DNA of 26,729 nt from an uncultured archaeon (GTDB lineage: Archaea > Aenigmatarchaeota > Aenigmatarchaeia > GW2011-AR5), in assembly GCA_964373755.1 (NCBI GenBank), contig CAYJVV010000001.1:1-26729 (forward strand). Direction: 5' to 3'. The notes beneath the pieces were generated by a model. It was not told the DNA's origin. It saw only the letters and a list, made by a program, of their open reading frames with translations, and ran no database searches. The stretch's first letter is position 1. Every line of letters starts with the position of its first letter. Positions 7,146 through 15,087 of the stretch are shown piece after piece. Both the position numbers and the translations under genes were made by a program.

Positions 7146-7733
7146 ATGCCTGTTAAAAAAGAGAAATTGTTGGTGTCAAGAGAACAGTACCTTTCAGCAG
7201 GCGTTCACATAGGGCTGACTACGAAAACAGCTGATATGAAAAAGTTCATATACAAAGTCAGGCCTAACGGGCTTGCAGTACTCAACGTTGCTACGATTGA
7301 CAAACGGATAGGTTATGTAGCGAACCTGCTTGCGGAAAAGAAAAACGTACTTGTTGTTTCCCGGAAAGAAAACGGCCAAGTGCCAGCAAAGAAGTTTGCA
7401 GAATTAATAGGTGTAAAATCAATAATGGGCAGGTTCATGCCAGGATCTCTTACAAACCCCACTTACAAAGAGTTCTTCGAGCCCGATATAATTGTCATAA
7501 CAGACCCTCTTGCAGACAAGCAGGTCATAAAGGAAGCCGTCCAGATGCGCATCCCTATCATAGGGCTTGCTGATACATTCAACGAGACAAACTTCCTCGA
7601 TATAATAATTCCATGCAACAACAAGGGCAAGAAGTCTTTAGCTCTAGTTTACTGGATTCTTGCAAAACTGATAACTGAAAAACGCAAAGAGAAATTCGAA
7701 GCCACTCTTGAAGACTTTGGTTACGAGAAATAA
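7146..7733 (+). CDS. rps2: 30S ribosomal protein S2 (uS2)
   Basis: YLSAGVHIG, GRFMPGSLTNP, TDPLADKQVIKEA, IIPCNNKGKKSLALVYWILA. Confidence 0.97.
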   Translation: MPVKKEKLLVSREQYLSAGVHIGLTTKTADMKKFIYKVRPNGLAVLNVATIDKRIGYVANLLAEKKNVLVVSRKENGQVPAKKFAELIGVKSIMGRFMPGSLTNPTYKEFFEPDIIVITDPLADKQVIKEAVQMRIPIIGLADTFNETNFLDIIIPCNNKGKKSLALVYWILAKLITEKRKEKFEATLEDFGYEK

Positions 7734-7739
7734 TTATAA

Positions 7740-8621
7740 TTAAACTAATTTAACAACTGCTCTTCTCATTTCTTCTGCTATCTGTTCTGCTCTTGTTTTA
7801 ACTACTGCTTTTTCAACTTCTTCTTTTGCTTGTTCAATCTTAAGGAGTTCCAATGCATAAGGTTTTGCTATTCTTTCCAATTGGTCCGCATTAATATCAA
7901 ATCTACCCAATACGGATTGTTTAGTTTTAGCAGCGCCAACAAAATCATGTCGTACAGATCCATCCACAATTTCGGATACAACATTTTCATAATAAGGAGC
8001 ACGTGATTTAATTCTGTTTTTATTATATGCAAGTAAAGTTTTAACTTTTAATTGTTCAATCTCGCGGTTTCCGCCTAGAAGTTGTTCATATTCAAACATT
8101 TTTCTATTAGTTTCTTCCAATTGTTTTGCTCTTATGCGAGCTTCTTTTTCTTTTAATTTTACTTCTTGTTCACTCAACTTTCTATCTAATTCTGCTCTTT
8201 CTTCAGTGGAAAGACTATCATAATTTATAGGTCTTATAAGTGGCATGTCATGACGATCAGCATCATCAAGTTCTGCTGGTCTCTTTACTTCTCTGCGTGA
8301 TCTTGCAGCTTTATAGCCTACAAATCCAAAACCTGCTGCTAATATCGTTGCTATTCCTGTAGCAACTGCATTAGCCACTTTATATTTAGTATCATTTACT
8401 TTAGTATCATTTGCAATAGAACCTTGCGATAACTTTGATGCATAAGGTCTTTCTCCTAAAGTAAAAGCTAGCCGCAGTTCTTTTCGATAAGGTTCTTCTG
8501 TACCAATAGTTCTAGTTTCTTGAATAGGAGTACCAGAAATATTATTATAAGCAACAGCAGAGTTTAGTGTAGCTGCAGCAAATAAACCAGTGGCAACTCC
8601 TAACCTTTTAACCCATCCCAT
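7740..8621 (-). CDS. Hypothetical membrane protein (orphan, 293 aa)
   Basis: Long AT-rich ORF with a hydrophobic N-terminus, a second hydrophobic segment (VANAVATGIATILAAGFGFVGY) and an E/K-rich helical tail. Confidence 0.8.
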   Translation of the reverse strand: MGWVKRLGVATGLFAAATLNSAVAYNNISGTPIQETRTIGTEEPYRKELRLAFTLGERPYASKLSQGSIANDTKVNDTKYKVANAVATGIATILAAGFGFVGYKAARSRREVKRPAELDDADRHDMPLIRPINYDSLSTEERAELDRKLSEQEVKLKEKEARIRAKQLEETNRKMFEYEQLLGGNREIEQLKVKTLLAYNKNRIKSRAPYYENVVSEIVDGSVRHDFVGAAKTKQSVLGRFDINADQLERIAKPYALELLKIEQAKEEVEKAVVKTRAEQIAEEMRRAVVKLV

Positions 8622-8740
8622 ATGTTATCCCTCTTGAGTAACTAATAAGCGAAAGCTTAATAAGACTTGCTGAACCACTCTGAATACTATAGTCTACGCA
8701 CTAAAGATATTAAAAACTACCAGATTCTTAGGCGATGACA

Positions 8741-9523
8741 TTACGTAAGCCTTACAAGGCCCCCTGTTTTTCTTGCACGATGAAAAACAATCTTGTAAGC
8801 CAGAAGCGAGAAGACAGCATAAGCAACAGTTATCAAAAATCCTTCTATCAAAACGGCTGAATTCATAGTTCCTGCTGAGACTAAGCTCCTTGTCGCTTCG
8901 AAGATGTTTGTGAAAGGCATAAGTTTTGATACAACTTGAACTGGCTCCGGGAATATGGAAACAGGGTAGAAGGGTGCGGAAAGCAATATGAAGGCCTGCA
9001 ATGCGGACCAAGCAAGAAAGCTGTATTCTCTACCTGCTGCAATAATCATGGCGGCAAGTAGTATTGCCAATGTCAACGAAGCAAACAACGTCAAGGCTGA
9101 TAAAATTAGTATATCTGATGCGTTAGTCGCTATCAATGAGAGGCCAAACATATAGTAAGATATTCCAAGCATCAACAGCATTATTCCAATGGATATGATT
9201 ATTGCAAATATCATGCGTGCTGTGAGATACTCAAACTCGGTTATGCCTGTAACGAGTATTTGTTTTAAGCTGCCAGACCATGTATCGTCATTCATCTGCA
9301 TGTTTACACTGCTTTGCGCAAGATAAGCAAAGTTCCAGAATATGTTGGCAACTAGAACAACAAGTCCGGCTTCTACAGCCTTATCTCGAACAAAAACAGA
9401 AAACAAGCCCCATATAATTATTGTAGTTAGTGGAAAGTAAATGAATTCTGCAATCTTCCATCTAGAATTCTTGAATACAAACATGTCGTAATAGATCAAC
9501 GCAGCTATTTTGTACAATTTCAT
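8741..9523 (-). CDS. ABC-2 type transporter permease
   Basis: About 6 TM segments; WSGSLKQILVT and SAPFYPVSIFPEPVQ.VSKLMPFT motifs; ATGA overlap with the ATPase. Confidence 0.9.
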   Translation of the reverse strand: MKLYKIAALIYYDMFVFKNSRWKIAEFIYFPLTTIIIWGLFSVFVRDKAVEAGLVVLVANIFWNFAYLAQSSVNMQMNDDTWSGSLKQILVTGITEFEYLTARMIFAIIISIGIMLLMLGISYYMFGLSLIATNASDILILSALTLFASLTLAILLAAMIIAAGREYSFLAWSALQAFILLSAPFYPVSIFPEPVQVVSKLMPFTNIFEATRSLVSAGTMNSAVLIEGFLITVAYAVFSLLAYKIVFHRARKTGGLVRLT

Positions 9524-10440
9524 TTCTTGTCACCAAGTATTTTTACGAAATAGTCCTCGAGTGTTGGTTTCCTGCTCTCAATTTCGGTTATTTCTATGCC
9601 TTTTTCAGCAAGCATTGAGAGTGTTTCGCTTATGTTCTCATCAGCAGGCAGTTCTTTTTTCAAAATATTTCCTTTTATGACAAAACCTCTTTTCCTTAGA
9701 AACTCCTTGTTCTTCACGCTTCTGACTTTAATTATCAGGTCGTATGTGGCAAATTTTCTTAGCTTAACGGATTCAACACTTCCAATATCAATTATTCTGC
9801 CTTTGTTAATGAAAGCTATCCTGTCACATAGCTGTTCCAATTCATGCATGTAATGACTTGTCAGTATGATAGTGGTGCCAAGCTCCTTGTTTATTCTCTT
9901 TATCTCATTTCTAACCTTGATTGCAATGTCAGGATCTAAGCCCACCGTAGGCTCATCAAGAAGCAAAAGTTCAGGACTATTCAATAGTGCTTTAGCCATT
10001 ATGAGCCGCATTCTTTCGCCTGTAGAGATATTGCTAAACTTGCTTTCCATAATGCGCTCTATCTCAAAGAATTTTGCCAGCTTTTTTGTTTCTGTTATTC
10101 TCTTGTTCTTTGGAATGCCATATAATCGTCCGTGAAACTCAAGTATGTCTTTTACTTTCAATGCCCAATGAAATCTTGTTTCTCCTGAAACAAAATTCAT
10201 CTTTTCTGCCAATTCGCGGTTTTTTAGTGGATTCTTTCCAAAGATTTTTACATTTCCAGAGTCTGGAAATAAGATACCGATTAATATATTGAGCAATGTA
10301 GATTTTCCCGCGCCGTTGGGACCAAGAAGACCGAATATCTCACCTTCTTCTATGTCAAATGAAATATCTTTCAAGGCGAAGAAATCTTTACCCTGGTATT
10401 TGAACTTTTTAGATACATTCTCAACTTCGACAACAGACAT
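9520..10440 (-). CDS. ABC transporter ATP-binding protein (DrrA/CcmA-like)
   Basis: Walker A GPNGAGKST, signature ISTGE, Walker B LLLLDEPTVGLD, H-loop TSHYM. Confidence 0.95.
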   Translation of the reverse strand: MSVVEVENVSKKFKYQGKDFFALKDISFDIEEGEIFGLLGPNGAGKSTLLNILIGILFPDSGNVKIFGKNPLKNRELAEKMNFVSGETRFHWALKVKDILEFHGRLYGIPKNKRITETKKLAKFFEIERIMESKFSNISTGERMRLIMAKALLNSPELLLLDEPTVGLDPDIAIKVRNEIKRINKELGTTIILTSHYMHELEQLCDRIAFINKGRIIDIGSVESVKLRKFATYDLIIKVRSVKNKEFLRKRGFVIKGNILKKELPADENISETLSMLAEKGIEITEIESRKPTLEDYFVKILGDKK

Positions 10441-10472
10441 AAAAACAACACTGAAATAATTTATAGAAAAAA

Positions 10473-10997
10473 TTACTTCAAATTTTCTACAGCTATCTTT
10501 GTAGGCGTAGGTAATTTGTAGCTTGCTTTTTTCAGCGCGATCTGCGCGACGCCTATTGCAGCTTTATTGACACGTACTTCAATAATCTTCTGCCCTTTTC
10601 TGACCTGTGCCGCAGTGCTGATAGGCTTGCCAAAGGACATGCGCATCCCTTGCTGGAATCTGTCAGCGCCTGCGCCTGTTGCCAGTGCATTCTCACGTAA
10701 CACGTGGTGCGGATATACACGAACTTTGAGGAAGAATGTGGCACCTTTGCCTATGTTCTTTTCTAGCGCCTGGACAGCAGCTATTCTGCCTGCTTCAAGG
10801 GCGTTATGTCTTATTTGAACATCCCTTTGAGAAACAAGAAAAAGGGCGTTATCATAGTCTGATTTGGTGCCAAGCTCAAATTCTGTGATCTTAGGCTTCG
10901 GAACACCCTTTACATACCCTTTCTTAGGCACCCTTGTGGATTGCCTTGTGTAAGGCCTTTCAAGTCTTCTGTAACACCGTCCAGGACGTATGGCCAT
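10473..10997 (-). CDS. rpl10e: 50S ribosomal protein L10e (uL16)
   Basis: MAIRPGRCYR, QIRHNALEAGR, RVYPHHVLREN..ATGAGADRFQQGMRMSFGKP. Confidence 0.97.
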   Translation of the reverse strand: MAIRPGRCYRRLERPYTRQSTRVPKKGYVKGVPKPKITEFELGTKSDYDNALFLVSQRDVQIRHNALEAGRIAAVQALEKNIGKGATFFLKVRVYPHHVLRENALATGAGADRFQQGMRMSFGKPISTAAQVRKGQKIIEVRVNKAAIGVAQIALKKASYKLPTPTKIAVENLK

Positions 10998-11002
10998 AAT
11001 AA

Positions 11003-11323
11003 TCATCTCGTTTCTACAGGCTCTCCTAAGAAAGTTCTAATAGTTACAAATTGATCTCTTAAACGTCTTTGACTTTCAGCAGCTTGCTGATACCAGTCTA
11101 AATGTATTGCTTTTTCTTCTGGCAAAGCTTCTATGGCTTCATAACCAAAACCTAATTGTAAAGGTTGGTTGCTCCGTAAAATCACATGATTTCCTACTAA
11201 ACTACTCTCAGTCCAAGGTAGTGGAGGGTTGTAGCCAATCAGTTTTGCATCTGTTTTAATAAGATCTGCTAAAGGCATTGCAGCTTCGCTTGTAAATCTA
11301 AGTTTGTAAACAGTATCACCCAT
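11003..11323 (-). CDS. Hypothetical protein (orphan, 106 aa) upstream of rpl10e
   Basis: Intact ORF ending 5 nt before the rpl10e ATG; no family recognised. Confidence 0.65.
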   Translation of the reverse strand: MGDTVYKLRFTSEAAMPLADLIKTDAKLIGYNPPLPWTESSLVGNHVILRSNQPLQLGFGYEAIEALPEEKAIHLDWYQQAAESQRRLRDQFVTIRTFLGEPVETR

Positions 11324-11353
11324 TTTAATCCAACCATAATCTTCTGCAGATAA

Positions 11354-11362
11354 TATTTATAA
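11354..11362 (-). promoter_or_regulatory. Candidate archaeal TATA box TTATAAATA for the orphan/rpl10e unit
   Basis: Matches the archaeal TATA consensus, lying just after the antiporter stop. Confidence 0.5.
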
Positions 11363-11364
11363 GC

Positions 11365-12492
11365 CTATTTGCCGAAAAAGCGCAGAAGAAGTGGAGACAG
11401 GATTACGCTCAGAAGTGTAAAAATAAGTATGGAAGTGTAAGCGCTGGGGTTAATAATTGCAGCAGTTAATGCAATTTGCGCTATGATTATCGTGTATTCT
11501 CCTTTTGGAAGCATTGCTAGAGAGATTAATTTCTTCTCCCTATTTTTGAGATTGAAAAACCCGCCGAATATGCCGTAAGCTGCCAGTTTACCAATGAGGG
11601 CTGCAACAAGCAGGAGAACTACAAGCCACAGATTAATAGAAAAAAGATCTATAGACAGTGCTGCGTAGGAAAAGAAAAGCGGAATAAAAAACCCATGGCC
11701 TATAGTTTTTATTTTCGGCACAATAGTCGATTCTGTAATCTGGAAGTTTCTCATAACTATTCCAACCAAGAAGGCTCCTGCAAGGCCTACAAGTCCGGTT
11801 TTTTCACTGATGAACGCCGCTAAAAACAGTATTACCAGCGGGATTGAAATGAATATTTGCTCGTCTTTTGCAAAACGGAACAAAGCCAATAATCTTTTTG
11901 TTATGATTGGTCCTATTGTAATTGCCGCTCCTAGAAAAATAATGAATGCTGAGAGTAAAAGTAAGATTGTTCCTTGATCGGCGGTCCCGCTGAAAACCAG
12001 AGAAAGTAAAGAAATGGCAATTATGGCGAGAAAACTCTCAACCAATTCAGAAGAAATTACGATCTTGTAAACCCTTGTTTTATATTCGCCTAAAGCTGCT
12101 ATAGCGCTCATAGTAGCTGTTGGACTGCTAGCAAGTAATGCGGCGCCAACGACGCTTGCAAGCAAAGTATCGCCAAAGGTGTAGAAAGTCAGGACAAAAC
12201 ATACAGCGAACGACGCGAGAGAAGAAAAGATAGCGAGAAAACTGCTTGAATATATTTCACTTTTCTCTGTTTTCATATTCAGCCCGATAAGAAAGAATAC
12301 AAACAAAATGCCGATACTTGCTATCTCCTGCAATGTCGCATCCGGAATTACAAGATGCAGAATTGGTCCTGCAGTAATGCCGCCAAAAATTTCACCGGCC
12401 AAAGATGCTATTTTCAATCTTTCAGCAATTTCACCGAATATCTTGGCACTTATAATGAGAATTGCCAAGCTGAGAAGAATCTCAACAGCCAT
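11365..12492 (-). CDS. Cation:proton antiporter (CPA2, Na+/H+ or Kef-type)
   Basis: About 12 TM; LAGEIFGGITAGP, IGILFVFFLIGL, LAGAFLVG, FFIPLFF, MLPKGEY. Confidence 0.92.
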   Translation of the reverse strand: MAVEILLSLAILIISAKIFGEIAERLKIASLAGEIFGGITAGPILHLVIPDATLQEIASIGILFVFFLIGLNMKTEKSEIYSSSFLAIFSSLASFAVCFVLTFYTFGDTLLASVVGAALLASSPTATMSAIAALGEYKTRVYKIVISSELVESFLAIIAISLLSLVFSGTADQGTILLLLSAFIIFLGAAITIGPIITKRLLALFRFAKDEQIFISIPLVILFLAAFISEKTGLVGLAGAFLVGIVMRNFQITESTIVPKIKTIGHGFFIPLFFSYAALSIDLFSINLWLVVLLLVAALIGKLAAYGIFGGFFNLKNREKKLISLAMLPKGEYTIIIAQIALTAAIINPSAYTSILIFTLLSVILSPLLLRFFGK

Positions 12493-12524
12493 ATTCCTAG
12501 ATTGTTTTCGGCAAAATAAATAAG

Positions 12525-12738
12525 CGCCGAGAGAGGGACTTTCAGGCCTTTCTTTCGTTTCTTTCCGCTGGCGCTTTCTTTCAAAGAAAGGGCCATTTGA
12601 ACCCTCAAGCCCTTGCGGACACCAGCTTAATAGGTCGAGAACCTAGGTTCTCATCCCTATAACCCTCCACTCCTAATCAAAGTATTATGGAGTTTGGTCT
12701 TTCCAGGCTGGCGCGATACCAGGTTACGCGATCTCGGC
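12525..12738 (-). tRNA. tRNA-Ser(GGA) with two introns (37/38: 12628-12700; 59/60: 12539-12595); mature length 84 nt
   Basis: Acceptor GCCGAGA/TCTCGGC with G73, anticodon stem CCAGC/GCTGG with loop CT-GGA-A-A, variable arm GTCC-GCAA-GGGC, T stem GAGGG/CCCTC. The 59/60 intron has a strict BHB (H TTCA/TGAA, bulges AAT and AGT, h' GGCC/GGCC). Confidence 0.93.
12637..12652. repeat. Perfect 16-bp palindrome GAGAACCTAGGTTCTC within the tRNA-Ser 37/38 intron
   Basis: The core GAACCTAGGTTC is identical to 329-340 in the tRNA-Leu intron. Confidence 0.9.
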
Positions 12739-12805
12739 ACTGACTCGGCAATAGATTAGTTAAGGTATAACCTAATAAGAACTTAACTGCTTCTGAGAAA
12801 AAGAG

Positions 12806-12973
12806 TTAGAATTTCTCTGCATCCTCGATGAGCATATTGGGTATGTCACCATCAAGAACGGCGTATTTGAGCCTGCATTTGTTGCATATGATCACATTTT
12901 TTTTAGCTTCGTACTTTATTTTGCCCTTGCACTTCGGGCAAACAAGTATATCAAGAAAATCTTTTTTCAGCAT
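12806..12973 (-). CDS. Trm112-family methyltransferase activator
   Basis: MLKKDFLDILVCPKCKG.......IICNKC...YAVLDGDIPNMLIEDA; start placed at ATG 12973. Confidence 0.9.
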   Translation of the reverse strand: MLKKDFLDILVCPKCKGKIKYEAKKNVIICNKCRLKYAVLDGDIPNMLIEDAEKF

Positions 12974-13272
12974 TTTTTCACTCTCGCTTTCCATTCTAAT
13001 TTAGCAGATTCAAGGAAATCTTTTGCAATGGGACTGTAAGCTGTGAATGTAGGTCCTCTGTCAAAACCTATTATAGCCACATCAACTTCTCCTTGGAAAA
13101 GTGCATAGCCACCTTGATTAGATCTTTCTAACGAATAACCATGAAGTAGAGCTTCTTCACCAATCATTTTAAACCACTCGTATCCTTTTCTGAAAGTTTT
13201 CGCTCCAGTGAGAAGTCCACGAAACATTCGTCTTATTTTTCCATCTCCCATGAGAATCGTTCTATCTTCCAT
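12967..13272 (-). CDS. Hypothetical protein (orphan, 101 aa) between cbf5 and Trm112
   Basis: Intact ORF whose stop overlaps the Trm112 start (ATGCTGA). Confidence 0.65.
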   Translation of the reverse strand: MEDRTILMGDGKIRRMFRGLLTGAKTFRKGYEWFKMIGEEALLHGYSLERSNQGGYALFQGEVDVAIIGFDRGPTFTAYSPIAKDFLESAKLEWKARVKKC

Positions 13273-13311
13273 TTTGTTTCAGCTTCTCGGAATATTTGTT
13301 GAAATATCTAT

Positions 13312-14274
13312 TTATTCCTTTTTTAGCTTCGGGTAAGTCCCTTTTTCGATAATTACCCTGTCTGTTTTTGCTGCAAGCCCTTTTCTTTTTATCATTTCTT
13401 CTGCACTGAATGCTGATTTTGCCAGTGCTACCAGCTCGCCTTTCAATGAAATTATTGCTATCAGTTCATCAGGTTTTATTTCCTTTTGAACAAAGCATAT
13501 GCCTCCTGAATAAAGTGGCGATCCATTGGCTATTGAATGCACGGCAGAATCTTTGATTATAATCTTTGGCAAATGTTCGACGGCTGATTCTACAGGCAAT
13601 ATATATTCTCGTAACTTCTCGTTTCCATTTTCTTTCCAGTCCATGTAAGCTATAGCAAGATCCTGCATTTTTACAAGATGACTTTCATCGAACCTGCCGG
13701 CGCGTGTTCTGCGCAGTTCTGTCATATGAGCTCCTCCTATTTGCTGACCGATTTGATGACATAGTGTTCTAACATACGTACCCGCCTGAGCAACAATTCT
13801 GAATGCAATATCTTTATCGTCTCTGTCCAACAATTCGAAAGAATAAACATGCCTTATACGTTCTTTCCTCGCCACTGCACTTCTTACAGGGGGTGTCTGC
13901 TTTATTTCGCCGATAAATTTTTTAATAGTTTTTTGAAAGGTGTGATCATCTACATTTCTATGAAGATGCATCACACCTACATATTCCTTGTCCAATCCCT
14001 GCAGTGCCGGTATGACTTTACATGCATTATCCAAAGTTATTGGAAGGACTCCGCTCACAGAAGGATCTAAGGTCCCAGAGTGCCCTGTGCGAGGAATTAT
14101 CAAAAGTTTTTTCACTGTTGCAACAACATCATGGCTGGTAGGTCCAGGCCACTTGTCAAGAATTACAAGACCGTTTCTTATGAGTTCTTCAACACTTCTA
14201 GCTCCCGGATATCTTCCGAATTCTAGATGCGAAACTTCCTCTGATTTTACAAAGAAACCGTCTTTTTCACGCAT
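13312..14274 (-). CDS. cbf5: H/ACA RNA-guided pseudouridine synthase Cbf5 (TruB family)
   Basis: LDKWPGPTSHDVV, GHSGTLDP (catalytic Asp), QTPPVRSAV, GTYVRTLC, C-terminal PUA domain. Confidence 0.97.
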   Translation of the reverse strand: MREKDGFFVKSEEVSHLEFGRYPGARSVEELIRNGLVILDKWPGPTSHDVVATVKKLLIIPRTGHSGTLDPSVSGVLPITLDNACKVIPALQGLDKEYVGVMHLHRNVDDHTFQKTIKKFIGEIKQTPPVRSAVARKERIRHVYSFELLDRDDKDIAFRIVAQAGTYVRTLCHQIGQQIGGAHMTELRRTRAGRFDESHLVKMQDLAIAYMDWKENGNEKLREYILPVESAVEHLPKIIIKDSAVHSIANGSPLYSGGICFVQKEIKPDELIAIISLKGELVALAKSAFSAEEMIKRKGLAAKTDRVIIEKGTYPKLKKE

Positions 14275-14394
14275 AATAAGAACTTGTCACAAAAGTACAA
14301 AAACAGAATATTAAATCATTTATTTGGAAGGATGGAAGGAAGAAAGTGTAGATAGAGGAAAAATAATATCTTAATCAGGAAAGAGGATTATCTG

Positions 14395-14474
14395 CAAAGA
14401 GCACAGCTCTTTGAGATGCCAGAAACCTACGGTTTTCTGAGCAGAAAGGAGAAAAACCTTGGTTTTCTCCTTCT
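14395..14474. repeat. Three adjacent inverted repeats (14395-14413, 14420-14439, 14443-14474)
   Basis: CAAAGAGC-ACA-GCTCTTTG; CAGAAACC-TAC-GGTTTTCTG; AGAAAGGAGAAAAACC-TT-GGTTTTCTCCTTCT. Confidence 0.9.
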
Positions 14475-15083
14475 TTATACATAAATCTTCATCAATCTTC
14501 TCGAAGTCATCATGACGAAAAAGAACGAAAGCAAGTACCATCCAAGCCAGCCGAGTTCACTTCCTACAAATGGTGCGTTAAAGGGCAGCACGGCTGCAAC
14601 GGGCGAAATCTTTACACTATTTTCAACTACTGCTGCATCAAAAACGTATTTTCCATCTTGAAGCCTGCATGGCATTTCGCATGTTTGGTCATCGAATGAT
14701 ACTGAGTTATCTTCAACTATAAGTGAGCCACTGTTGAATAAAATTTCTCCTTTTCCGTCTTTTATTTCTACTGTCTTCTCTCCATAAACAGCTCCTATCC
14801 AAGGCACTGAAACAAGCGTTATTATCAAAGATATAATCATTGGTTTGAAGGACATCCTCATGAGTTTCCCTTGCTCTTTCATAGTCTCTTTGAAAAGCAT
14901 GTCAATTTCGCTTTTGTTCTGCGATTTTTGCTGTTCTTTCATCTTTGCATTGAGTTCCTTTATCCTTTCCCTTGATGATTTTGCATCCTGCTGGTTAATC
15001 AAAAATTTGTAGAATATATTCACTGCAATTGCTATTAAAAATGAAAATAAAATTATGTCTGCTGTAATAGAAAAGAATACCAT
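14475..15083 (-). CDS. DUF106 / EMC3-TMCO1 family membrane protein (Oxa1 superfamily)
   Basis: TM1, a cytosolic coiled coil, MSFKPMIISL, and C-terminal ELGWLGWYLL. Confidence 0.88.
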   Translation of the reverse strand: MVFFSITADIILFSFLIAIAVNIFYKFLINQQDAKSSRERIKELNAKMKEQQKSQNKSEIDMLFKETMKEQGKLMRMSFKPMIISLIITLVSVPWIGAVYGEKTVEIKDGKGEILFNSGSLIVEDNSVSFDDQTCEMPCRLQDGKYVFDAAVVENSVKISPVAAVLPFNAPFVGSELGWLGWYLLSFFFVMMTSRRLMKIYV

Positions 15084-15087
15084 ATAG

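Noticed and set aside
12628-12660. K-turn or C/D-like motif (GGGATGA...CTCGA) in the tRNA-Ser intron
   Set aside because: The boxes are imperfect, and the k-turn register conflicts with the perfect GAGAACC/GGTTCTC stem.
12733-12750. 7-nt duplication of the tRNA-Ser 5' end (TGCCGAG) in its leader
   Set aside because: Too short to separate from chance; no integrase or att partner seen.
262-14474. CRISPR array interpretation of the palindromic repeats
   Set aside because: No regular repeat-spacer periodicity and no cas genes; the copies are dispersed.
14315-14474. Small ORF or H/ACA guide RNA in the cbf5 upstream spacer
   Set aside because: No frame has a credible start and length; the only ACA is in a hairpin loop, not 3' of a stem, and there is no pseudouridylation pocket.
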